This document shows, one piece after another, positions 52,926-64,000 of a stretch of DNA of 64,000 nucleotides. Within the stretch, counting starts at the first letter, position 1, and every line of letters starts with the position of its first letter. This DNA is from Octopus bimaculoides. Lineage: Eukaryota. The DNA is taken from assembly GCF_001194135.2 (NCBI RefSeq), contig NC_068985.1:82416924-82480923 (forward strand), read 5' to 3'. The translations under genes were made by a program, and so were the position numbers. The notes below the pieces were generated by a model. The model saw only the letters and a program-made list of their open reading frames with translations, was not told where the DNA came from and did no database searches.

Positions 52926-53279
52926 CTACTATTTCTTTTTGCTCACTTCACTGCACTGCTTGTCTAGATAATTATTATGCTCTCATTGCATACACATCTT
53001 CATTTTCATAAATATTCTTTATTTTACAATTAGTTTTTAAAGAATATTATAATTTTATATATTTGTAATTTTCTTAAATAACCTTCCTTTACATCATCTA
53101 ACAAACAAATAGTTAATTATTAATGAAGGAACGAGGAACATTCATTGTAATTAGACTTATTTTAATGATATAACTTTATTGTAAGTAGAGAAGACAAAGA
53201 TAGCTGGTAAGAAAATTTGTAAATATAGTTCTTAAAGGAACCAAGAAAATTGATATTTATTTTCTCTCTGGAGCCATTA

Positions 53280-53712
53280 TTTATTTATTTTATCCTTTAC
53301 CTTTTACTTGTTTCAGTCATGCTGCGGAATCATCTTGAAGAGCCTAGTTGGACAAATTGACCCTAGTACTTATGTTGTTGTTTTTTAAGCCTGGTACTTA
53401 TTTTGCCAGCATCTTTTACGAATTTGCGAAGTTACTGGGATGTAATCAAACCATCACCAGTTAGTAAGCAGTGGGTAGGGGACAAACACAGACATACTTA
53501 CACATGCACATGTGTTTGTGTGTGTGTATATACACACATACAGACAAACATGAAAGGCTTCAACACAGTTTCCATACCCAACTTCTCTTACAAGGCTTGG
53601 TTAACCCAGAGCTATAGTAGAAAGCATGTGGCTGAGGTGCCATGCATTGAGACTGAACTCAAAACCACATGGTTGCAAGGCAATCTTCTGAACCACATCG
53701 ACTTGTCTGCAT
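53280..53712 (-). mobile_element. tRNA-derived SINE with internal (CA/TG)n, reverse orientation
   Basis: The reverse complement begins with a tRNA-like head (gtggttcagaagattgccttgcaaccatgtggttttgagttcagtc) and ends with ...gactgaaacaagtaaaagg. Homologous to 60945-61131. Confidence 0.78.
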
Positions 53713-56700
53713 CTGTCAAAAATATCCAAAACACAATACACTGCTAGAGATTAAGCAATAGGCATTGGGGAAAAAAAAAAGATTTACAAGACTGATAGCA
53801 ACAGAGATGTTATAAGCATTACTAAATATTAGTCATTCGTAAAAAAAATTCAGTGCAGAGCCTGAGATATAATTTTGTATGTCTCTTAATGTTGTTTTGA
53901 AAAAGCCTTGAAGGTTTCGGTGAGGTTTGCTATTTTATAATACAGCTCCACTTTGTAATTGCTGTACAAAGTAAATACAAAATTCTACTTTATCATTAGA
54001 GTTGTAAATATTAACTGAAGATATATAAATTTTCGTTCTGCAACAAAACCAGACTGTCAAATACAAATTACTCAGAGAATCAATAAGCAGTTCATTCTTA
54101 AATGCTTTTGGTTCTCATTTGATTACACAAAATCATTGAAATTGTTTGCTTTAATTGGTTAACACTTTGATTCAAAGAATAATTACTCTTATCACCTAGC
54201 TTAAATCCTTCAGGTTACATTTCCACCCTTTGTACTAATTGGCTTGATTGTTTCTATAAAAATTTAATGACAGCCTTTCTTGTTTTTTTAATTGAATAAA
54301 ATGATTTTAGTTTTCAATCATTATGTATTAAGGTAGTAAAGAAGATTTGTTTCTTAAAGTATGAAGTTAAAGAAAAAACGGTGATTTTAAAAGAAAGGTA
54401 TATTTTTAATAGACGTATCCTGGTTTAAATTTCCTAAGAATATGATTCTTGCATTAGATCTTCAAGAGAGTTTTTCTCTATGACAAAATTACTTAGAGAT
54501 GATTACTTGTAGATGAGAGTGAATTCTCTGGGACACAGTTTGCTTGGTAACAGTGATTTATGAAAAATGAAAATAAAAAAAGCATGTCTTGTTGAAAATG
54601 ATTTTTTGATCTTAGCTAGTATCTTGTGAGTTAATATACTGTAATGTAACTTTCTTTCTGTTACTGTAAGAGCTGAACTAACCATTAACTGAAATATCCA
54701 TTAACTCAGGATGTTATAACTACATCATAAGTATTAGTTGTTGATTGATTCATCATTGAGAACAAATTCCTATAAAAATTTAGGCTCTATTATTTCAGAT
54801 GAACTGGTGGAATTAGTAATTGAAGTTACTATCAAAGTATCAAAGTTAGGCAACAAGAAACTAATTATTGTAGTTAAATAATAAAAGAATAATAACTGAA
54901 TGGCCATTTATTAAATTGTATATGTAGTTTTTTTTCCAGTATTAAGAAAACAATTTTTGAGCATTTATATACATTGCTTATTTCTGAATCTTGCATTGTT
55001 ATAAATGTTTAAGACTCCTTTAACAAGCATTTTACTGGAAAAAGAACTACACCACATGACACTATAAAGGAGTGTTTATATACACCTTCTCCTTGACTTA
55101 TAACCAAGTTCCCTTCCAACCGACAGGTTGTAAGTCGATTTGGTTGTACATCAGATTTATATTTTTAAGCACTATTTTCATTCAAACAGTTTTGATGCTT
55201 GAAAGTGACTGAGTGAGAAACAGTAGTAGGCAGTGAATTCCTGGGTCTGAGGGAGGCCTGCATTGCCAGATGTTGCCAAAGTTATCATGTGTACAGCTGC
55301 CCAACATCTGAAAATCAATTCTTTATTTATTTTATTTCCTATTTTTTGTGGTCATAAGTGTGGATGGTTATAAGTCAAGGAGAAGGTTTATTTATGTATA
55401 TGTGTGGGGGTGGGAGAAGGAGATTAAGCAACCTTAACTTTTATTAACTTTGTTCTGATTCAATACAAAAAGTTTTTCATGAAATTATAAAACCATTTGA
55501 ATCAAAATATTGTTTATTTTAGACAATTTTTCAGTGATGACTTGATAGTTATTGGATGAAGTAGACCTACAACATTGAAACTAGGGACTTTCACTGTAAG
55601 AATCCGAAGCTGTGTGAATCAGGAGTTTAAGGATTTGATGAAACCCATCTAAAATTATGGATTTTGATGTTTAACAATATGGAGTACTGATGGTAAAAGC
55701 ATGAAAATAGCAATTTTAGTGAATTTTTGGGTTGTTTGAATATGTTCAGAAACTATCAAACGTTAAGCTCAGTAAATTAATTCTGTTTCACAGAGTTTGT
55801 TATTTTTACTGTATCACAGTTATACTATTCATGTGAATTAAAGAATGTTTAGTTGAGTAAGGCTGATTACATATTCATATGTATCAAGAAATAAGTGGTG
55901 GAAATATATGAAAAACAATTAATAAAAAAAACTAACTGAGGAGTTCTACTTGCTTTTCTCAAGAGTACAAGCAATGTCAGGGGATGATTAACTATAAAGC
56001 AGTTACATGTTAATAAAAATCTTTGAAAAGCAACTTGCTCACATGTCTTTATATCAAAATTATACCTCTGGTAACAGAACATATTGATACATTTTCTAAG
56101 GTTCCATATTCAATATTTTACATTAGTCTTAAGTATAAAACCTATCATTAGTCATTTTTCAATAAGAAACAAAAAATTTCTACTATGATTATCTGACAAG
56201 GAATTATTAAGAAATCTATGAATCTGTTGAGGCGTCATTATACTGATATCCATTAGAATTCCTTCTTGCTTATTGTATTAACAACACTTGAGCACTCTTT
56301 TCTTATGACTATCTTTTGTTTAAATTAAATCCTGTATTAGAAAATTTCTGTACTAGAATTCATGGTTGAGTTGTTTTGGGATTTCTATTTTCTAATAATG
56401 ATTTTTCTATAGCATTTCATGCATAAATTAAATAGAAGTAATTCTATTGTTAATATCTGGAGTTTATTCTAATGTGATAAAAAAAAATTGTGTGCAGAAA
56501 TTTAAAAACAATTGCAAGAAATGAAAGCACCATGACTAAGTATTTAGATTTATTCAAATTCATACATAAAATATCACTATTCTTACTAGGCTGAGCCAAA
56601 ATAAAGAAAGAATTAAAAAATACACTAGACTTCTAAAAAGTACAAAGAAATGATACTATGCAGAAAATGCATAAAGAAAACACATTTGTAGATCTAAATC

Positions 56701-57204
56701 AATAATTCATATATATTTAAGATATGAATATGCAATATATAAATATTTTGAATAGTTCTAATTTTGATATTGTCTACAATAGAAATTAGTTGGTGGAAAT
56801 GGCCTTCTTCAGAGTTTAGGGTCAGTATTAAAGCTCTAAATCTTTTCATATTTTTAGTTTATGTATGAATCTAAATAAATTAAAATTGTTGATTAGAAAT
56901 GTTTCATTTGGATTTCTTGAACATACTAATTATCTCTTAACTTATATTTTAAAATTTGTCATTCTTTATTCATAAAAATTGAATACCAATATTTATATCT
57001 TTTCCTTTTTTTTCCCATTGCCACTTTTGATAATATGATATTTTAGTAGGTCACTTTTGCTTACTCATAGCACCAGAATTTGTAAAATAAAATTGAATTG
57101 GAAACATCCTAGTAAGTTAAATTGGTTTTGAAAATCTTTTCTGCTAATTTAAATATTTAATCTAAGTATAAATTAACACTTTTCCAATTGCCATATACCA
57201 TGAA

Positions 57205-57207
<3 letters not shown>

Positions 57208-57245
<38 letters not shown>
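57208..57245. repeat. (TA)n microsatellite
   Basis: Pure TA run. Confidence 0.95.
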
Positions 57246-57249
<4 letters not shown>

Positions 57250-58639
57250 ATAAAATCTTGTATAACTAATAATATGCTATGTTTTTTAGATGATTTAATA
57301 ATTGGATTTTTATTTTATTTTCAGGAAGTTTATTCTAGAAAGTTTTATATGAACATAAAAATATTCTATTAAAATACATGAGCATAATAGAACTTCATTT
57401 TGCAAATAAAATTGCTAGATATAAATATTTGTATGGATGATGGATATGTGTGAATCTGTGAGTTAGTAATCGATACAAATATTTATAATAAATATATTGA
57501 GTGAGGTATATTTCTTATAATTGCATTAAACTTTATTAATGAGCAAATTGATGATAATTTGTAATATTTAATATACTTCTTAAATAATTTAGGCTAGTAG
57601 ACTTAGAGAATAAAGAAAATATTTGATAATTTAACATACGACTTTCAGATTTATTTTCTTTGCTAGTCTTAAGTGGAGTTAGATTGCAAGACAAGGCTAA
57701 GATGAGGTTTGTGTAGTTTGTTTAATGTAAATTATGGCCAAGGAAAAAAATGGATAGAAAAGGGTTTATAAGAGATGTAGGAGCAAAAACTATATTTGTC
57801 TGTGTATGGCTTGGAACATATTGCTTAACATCAACATATCATCTGCATTAAAATTCACTATATTCTTGTATATGATCTGATATATGTCTGAGTATATGAT
57901 CTAGTATATGATTCAAACACATGAAACCCCCTATAAACAATGAAGGATGCAAAAGCATGTGGATTGGATAAATTCAAGTTACATGGGGTGCCAGAGAAGT
58001 TTAGACAGCATTCCAGTTGGTGGTTTACAGGCAGTTGCTATATTCTTATATTTTTAACTAAAACACACACCCCTTATGAGTTTCAATTAGACTTTAAAAT
58101 AATCACAAATTTAGACTGATTTCATTAAACAACTAACTTTATTCATCAACATATTAATGTGATTTTTGGAACACAATTGAAGAAAAGGTTCTTAATCAAT
58201 TCTATTGCATAACTGTTGTCTCAAAGTGACTCTAATTAAGGTAAATTCAACAAAATATAAAATTTTGCTCAAACATCACCATATAAAATGAGTCAGCTAA
58301 TATTCAATTGGGTATGCAATAAAATTTTAATATAGAATTGTGCTTGTCACTAGATTATCAGTTGAATTTAATGCACATATGAACAGGTGTACCATAAAAG
58401 TAAAATAAAATGAAATATTGGAGTTTGCTTCTGAAGAAGGCTACAAAATGAAATACATCAACTAAATGAAATAAACTCACACACATACACAAATACCCAA
58501 AAACATATATAATAAAGATTTACAATAGAAATTAAATCAAAACTTGTCACTCACCTTACAAGCAAATTAAAATTGCAGGTAAATAAAAAATAAAAATGAA
58601 GTAAATTTGAAAAATATTTATAAAATCAAATCATACACA

Positions 58640-59144
58640 NNNNNNNNNNNNNNNNNNNNNNNNNNNNNNNNNNNNNNNNNNNNNNNNNNNNNNNNNNNNN
58701 NNNNNNNNNNNNNNNNNNNNNNNNNNNNNNNNNNNNNNNNNNNNNNNNNNNNNNNNNNNNNNNNNNNNNNNNNNNNNNNNNNNNNNNNNNNNNNNNNNNN
58801 NNNNNNNNNNNNNNNNNNNNNNNNNNNNNNNNNNNNNNNNNNNNNNNNNNNNNNNNNNNNNNNNNNNNNNNNNNNNNNNNNNNNNNNNNNNNNNNNNNNN
58901 NNNNNNNNNNNNNNNNNNNNNNNNNNNNNNNNNNNNNNNNNNNNNNNNNNNNNNNNNNNNNNNNNNNNNNNNNNNNNNNNNNNNNNNNNNNNNNNNNNNN
59001 NNNNNNNNNNNNNNNNNNNNNNNNNNNNNNNNNNNNNNNNNNNNNNNNNNNNNNNNNNNNNNNNNNNNNNNNNNNNNNNNNNNNNNNNNNNNNNNNNNNN
59101 NNNNNNNNNNNNNNNNNNNNNNNNNNNNNNNNNNNNNNNNNNNA
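58640..59144. other. Assembly gap (505 N)
   Basis: Run of N. Confidence 1.
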
Positions 59145-59151
59145 AAAAGGG

Positions 59152-59464
59152 TTAACACAAACTTTTAACCCTTTTTTTTAAACCTAACAAAACTCTCAAC
59201 TCTCATGCATCCTTATTTTTCCTACCAATTTATACATGAACTACTATTGAACTACAAAAGCTCAAAGACAATATAATGTATGGGTATATTTATTTTTTTA
59301 ATATATTATTTTCTTCATTTTGTACTTTTTTGTACTTCTTTGTAAAAAAACATTTTCATTCTCCTTCTTCTTGATAATTTGCTTCATCACAATGAAAACC
59401 GGTTAGAAAAAATCTTTATTAAATTATGCTTCCAGTTCAGCATTCTGGCTTTTTTTCATTTTCC
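59152..59464 (+). repeat. Second copy of the Penelope-like terminal repeat (direct repeat of 60574-60893, offset 1422 bp)
   Basis: Shared blocks include taaacctaac, tcatgcatccttatttttcc, aaaagctcaaagacaatataatgtat, ttttcttcattttgtact, ccggttagaaa, cttccagtt and tttttcattttcc. Both copies end at a (TA)n tract. The 5' side of this copy abuts the gap. Confidence 0.85.
59367..59409 (+). ncRNA. Minimal hammerhead-like motif, U3-A8 core variant
   Basis: CTTC-TTGATAA-TTTG-cttcatca-CAAT-GAA-AACCGGTT-A-GAAA. Stem III is a perfect 8-nt palindrome and the triplet is UUA. Stems I and II are short. Confidence 0.45.
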
Positions 59465-59769
59465 TATATATATATATATATATACACTATTTATACACAA
59501 TTCCTGTCAGGGAAAACATCTCACTCTACATAATGCAACCTTGCAGTATGCACATTGGAAAGCAATTTCAACTGGCCATCCACTGGGAGTTTTCTTTTAT
59601 TCATGTAGACATTCACAGTACTGTCTTTTGCAGCCCTCGAGTTTTTCTAATTTGTGGAGATTGACTGAATTCAGAGGTATAGCTCTCTGGCAGGTGTTGG
59701 TTTTCCTTCCTACTGTTATTTTTTGCTGGGTAATAACCTACCCTCAACTGCATTACTAAATCTGCTCAG

Positions 59770-60005
59770 AACTGCAGCTGGTCACAGACATGCATACCAT
59801 AACATAGTTCTCAGGGAGATTCAGCCTCACACAGAATGTGACAAGGCTGGCCTCTTTGAATTACAGTTATAACTCATTTTTGCCAGCTGAGTAGACTGCA
59901 GCAAGGTGAAGTACAAAGCCTTGCTCAAGAACACAGCATACTGCCGGGTATCATACTCATGACTTTATGATCATGAGCTGAATACCCCAACTACTGATCT
60001 ATACA
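59770..60005 (-). mobile_element. tRNA-derived SINE sharing a core with the 52287 SINE
   Basis: tagttctcagggagattcagc..cacacagaatgtgacaaggctggc..ctttgaa matches 52410-52465. A decayed tRNA-like head lies at 59940-60005. Confidence 0.7.
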
Positions 60006-60260
60006 CCTTTTCTCTCTTAACCGTAGAGAAAAGGAATGAAGCAACAGAGAAAGGAAAGCCTGTCATTTGAAATGACAATTAGACTGAAATGCGATCGATC
60101 TTTTCTAACTTCATTACTTTTAACAGCGAAGAAGAGGGACAGACATTTAGTAATGAATAGAGGGAAAGTTTTTCAGGTGCTTATGTTTTCATCCTGGGAG
60201 TTCTAGAAGGATCAAGTGTTAGTTCTCGCTTCTTTCCCCCACCCCTAGTACTTATTCACC

Positions 60261-60893
60261 TTGTTTGATAGTACTTCTGCTTTTAATTGGGGAGAAAGAC
60301 CATGTTTTTTTTCGGACATGTTTAACATTTTCTCTACAAAGTACAAACAAGACTCCCTTCCTTTTTTTTTCATACAAAAACTAATGCAAAGAATCAACAA
60401 GGAGAATCTTTTCATGGAGAAATTCCAACCATTTCTTAACACACAAACCCCTCAGTGACCTTATTTCTCTAGGAAGAGACATAAACTTCCTGTTGACAAA
60501 AAGTTCATAACTCCAACCAAAGAGATTTGTCTCCCCTTACACACACTTCCTGTTTTGACACCACACTTCCTGCTTAACACATAAAACCTTTAGCTCCTTT
60601 TTTAAACCTAACACAACTCTCAATTTTCATGCATCCTTATTTTTCCAACTATTATCTACATGGTTTACCATTGAAATTTAAAAGCTCAAAGACAATATAA
60701 TGTATTGGTATATTTATTTTTTTATATATTATTTTTTTAATGTATTATTTTCTTCATTTTGTACTTCTTTGTAAAGAACATTTTCATTCTCCCTCTTCTT
60801 GAAAATTTGCTATGCAATGAAAGCCGGTTAGAAATCTTTATTAAAATATGCTTCCAGTTTAGCATTATGCTTTATTATTATTTTTCATTTTCC
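60261..60893 (+). mobile_element. 3' end of a Penelope-like element: GIY-YIG endonuclease C-terminal remnant plus terminal repeat
   Basis: ORF 60261-60458 ends ...FNIFSTKYKQDS...QRINKENLFMEKFQPFLN, resembling the R..E..FIxKFxPxLN end of PLE endonucleases (recalled). It is followed by a ~320-bp repeat containing a hammerhead-like motif and AT-rich tail. Confidence 0.6.
60795..60834 (+). ncRNA. Minimal hammerhead-like motif, U3-A8 core variant (second copy)
   Basis: CTTC-TTGAAAA-TTTGC-tat-GCAAT-GAA-AGCCGGTT-A-GAAA. The N7 position and the stem II loop differ from copy 1 while the core and pairings are kept. Confidence 0.45.
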
Positions 60894-60941
<48 letters not shown>

Positions 60942-60944
60942 TCC

Positions 60945-61131
60945 CCACCACCACCACCACCACATCGCTTGACAACCGATGTTGGTGTGTTTACATCCCT
61001 GTAACTTAGCTGTTTGTCAGATAGAATAAACACCAGACTTACAGGGAATAAGTCCAGGGGTCAAATTCTTTAACTAAAGGGTGGTGCTCCTGCATAGCCA
61101 CAGTCAAATGGCTGCAACAAGTAAAAGAATA
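60945..61131 (+). mobile_element. SINE 3' half (family of 53280-53712)
   Basis: cgcttgacaaccgatgttggtgtgtttacatccctgtaacttagc...ggggtcaa...gcaacaagtaaaagaata. Confidence 0.72.
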
Positions 61132-63794
61132 CCAGAACATTCCGTATCACTAAGCCAAGAAGGTTCTTTGAATATGTATGATGTATTTTAAGGCTAAATA
61201 GTAATTTTGTTTACATTTGCGCAACTGAGATATTTTGGTTCGATTATATAGTTATTGGTTCTACACTTCTTTCTATATTCTGTAACTGTTACAATATACA
61301 AACATTTCTCATGGCACCAGCACACAATTTACAGATGCTTACATTTTCCGCAGGTCCAGCTAGTTAATAATGAGTATGGGCATGGATTGAATATTGTTCC
61401 TGATTAATGAGTTGGCATTGGGACTTTGTTTCTATGAAATACTTAGTGCCCATATTTTCATGCTACTAGGGTAAATCTTTATAATTTGTATTGCAATATA
61501 TTTCACTTTGTCTCCATTCTTAGGGATTAAGTAGTATTGAAGTTTTTACCTCGATGAATCTTTTGTGTAGAGAGTGTGCAAGAAATTTAGAGTAATGTCA
61601 ATTGCACAGAAGCATGTGTAACTAGAAGGGAATGTGCAAAGGTTGTACGATGAAAATATGGAAGAGGTTTTAAGATAAAACTGTATACTGAGATCTACCT
61701 AAATTGATAGTTGGATAATTCACTTTGTGATGCAGTGTAATTTACTAAGGGTTTTTCAGCTCAAATTTTTAGTGTTAGATAAAGTTAGTGTGCAGCCAGC
61801 TTTACCTGGCAGATCTCATGCTCTATATAACCGAAGGGTTTGCTGATATAGCTGGTGAGAATTGTGAATTTATTAATATTTTCAGCTTAGAAGCCAAATA
61901 AGTATTGATATGCAATTTTAGGGGTCTTTAGTTTAGTAATATAGTTTTGTTTTGCTTACACAGCTTTCTTTTGCTTCAGTAATCATCATGATTATTGAAG
62001 AGAAGAAAAAATGAAAAAGAGGAGAATTACCTCTCAAATATTTTATATTGTAGTGAAAGACATTGGTTTCTATGAGAAAACCGTATATATTTAATGAATC
62101 GACTGCAATGACTTTGTGATGCATAAAAGATTAACTTTTGTCTATTACATTGATATAGAAGGATATGTGGCTGTGGTGCAGTGATTGGAAAATGTTATAT
62201 ACATGAATAGATGTCTGGTTTAGAGGAGAATAAAATATTGAGAGTTTGTATAATCAATCAAGGATGGGAATATGATTAGGCTGTTCAGAATTTTAGTGAT
62301 ATTAGCTTTTGTATCTATTCATCTAGAATTGGAAATCGTGTCATGGTTGGCTATAGAAGTAAAAAAACACAATGTGATTACAGAATCTAATGAAAAAAAG
62401 TTAATTTGCACTAACTTATATTCAATTGACTGATCTGAAAATTTGAACATATTTCAACACACATAGTGTGTGTATGGGGTGGGTGGGTTAGTACATGTGT
62501 GTATGTGTGCATGTATCTATTGTCAATGCATATCAGTGAATGGTGCAAACATTAGTAATAGAAACAAAAAAGGCTCCTTTAAATACTTGTTCTACTCTGA
62601 TGTTACAAGCACTCCCTTGCCACTCTCACTATTAGAAATCTAGTGAACTACTAATTGGCCTGTAGAGTACTTGTATCCAGTGATGCTATTATTCATTAAT
62701 TGCTAAATAAAAATTACAGATTTCTTCATGAACCAGTTGGACATATTCTGTAGGATTCTTATTTGTTATAATGTGAATTATATTTTGTTAACCAGAATAT
62801 AAACTGATTTAATTACTTTTATGTTACACAGAACTGTTTAGTTTTATTTTGATTTACTCGATCTTTTAAAGCCCATCACCTTCTAAGGATAATCATTTCT
62901 TAAATAAGAATATAATTAATTTTTTAAAAATTAAACTTTTACCTAGTTGAAATTAAATTTACTTGAAAAGATGTAATTTCTGTTAACATTGCTCTAGTGT
63001 TAAATAAACAATTTATCTAAAGTAAATCAGTAGCATTAATTTGTTTTGAGTATTCATTAACTCCAATGAAAAAGTTACTTGTGATCATACTATACAATAC
63101 TTCCTGACTTAGTTCATATAGCCTCACTGAAAATACATATTCTTTTCATACACACATACAAGGAAGAGATGCTAAAATTTCCTTAGTATAAAATCTGTAA
63201 AAATGTTTCAATGCAATTTTCTAGCAAACCTATTTTCTTAAAGGTTTCTTTGCTTCTCATTTAACTCTGTTACTTAGAATTTTGGTTTACATTGCATCTT
63301 ATCTACTTTAACCTTGTAGCATTTAAACTGGTCATATCTGGCCCCAATATTCTATCTGTTTTATGTTCAGACAAGCCAGATCTGACCTCTCACACCTATG
63401 CTACCATGTCATTCTAAAAATAACCAATCACATCATCAAAATCTCGAAGGTACAAAATAATGCATGATTAATTCAAAACAGTGAGAATAAATAAACATTA
63501 CATTTGACATTAAACCAGATGTTACTTGTTTTCTTCATGAAATTGTCTAGCATTTCTTTACATCATAATAGAAATTGTAATATTTAAATAAAATTGGTTT
63601 GCTTTTAATATCAAAACAACTTATTACAGTTTATTCCAATTAGTTATGGATTTTAAAACTTCTCATCTAAGACTATTCTAAAGACATTCCTTTCCGCTTG
63701 AACTTCCCTGACCACAAATTAAAAAAAATAAGCATATGCTAATTTGAACTGCACTTTTTAAACATTTTCGATGACTAAGTAGGATGTAGTTTTG

Positions 63795-64000
63795 TTGTTG
63801 TGGTTGGTGTTTAGCTCAAAGGCCATCTTGATCGAGCAGACCTGTAGTCAAATACATATCTGTTGTAACCCTATGTCTAGGACTAATGCATCCAGTTTGT
63901 CCTTGTTTCAAGTTGGTAGAATGTGATTTGTGGGAAACTATTTGCTATTTCCGTTAAATCAAGCAACCATGAAACAGCTACCTTGTTGGCTCAGGCAACC
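63795..64000. repeat. Interspersed repeat running off the window; related fragment at 29630-29705
   Basis: tgtttagctcaaaggccatcttgatcgagcagacctgtagtcaaa resembles tgtttagccccaggtcatcctgat...tgtgatcaagg at 29636. Confidence 0.45.

Noticed and set aside
58545-58565. Strong minus-strand donor AAG|GTGAGT at about 58553
   Set aside because: The upstream sequence is a pyrimidine tract running into the gap, so no exon can be defined.
59379-59759. 126-aa + ORF with a hydrophobic C-terminus
   Set aside because: It starts inside the Penelope-like repeat and crosses a (TA)n tract, with no homology recognised.
1-64000. CRISPR arrays, operons, rRNA or true tRNA genes
   Set aside because: None seen. The tRNA-like A and B boxes all belong to SINE heads and do not fold into complete cloverleaves.

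Overview
AT-rich eukaryotic genomic DNA with two assembly gaps (36070-37048 and 58640-59144). The repeat families look like those of a coleoid cephalopod, most likely Octopus; this is my inference from repeat motifs, not a database result. Only one host coding exon is supported: a 122-nt internal + strand exon (40868-40989) encoding LPFPLIGTLNGVQMFAASRDMELQSTTTENSKVFWKVFQN(S). It matches the N-terminal longin-1 region of Fuzzy (FUZ, CPLANE/planar cell polarity effector). No flanking fuz exon was recognised, so much of the window is probably intron or upstream sequence. The rest is decayed transposable elements: Chapaev-like, pogo, maT/DD37D-like Tc1-mariner, mariner, CR1-group and RTE LINEs, Penelope-like ends, many tRNA-derived SINE copies and microsatellites. 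Nearly all ORFs in the supplied track are spurious or TE remnants. The most interesting unannotated signal is four hammerhead-ribozyme-like cores. Two lie in duplicated Penelope-type terminal repeats with a U3-A8 covariant core, one lies in a ~491-nt direct-repeat-bounded retrozyme-like unit, and one lies behind a tRNA-derived Pol III head. All four deviate from the consensus, so activity is untested. I found no evidence for a novel multi-gene system.
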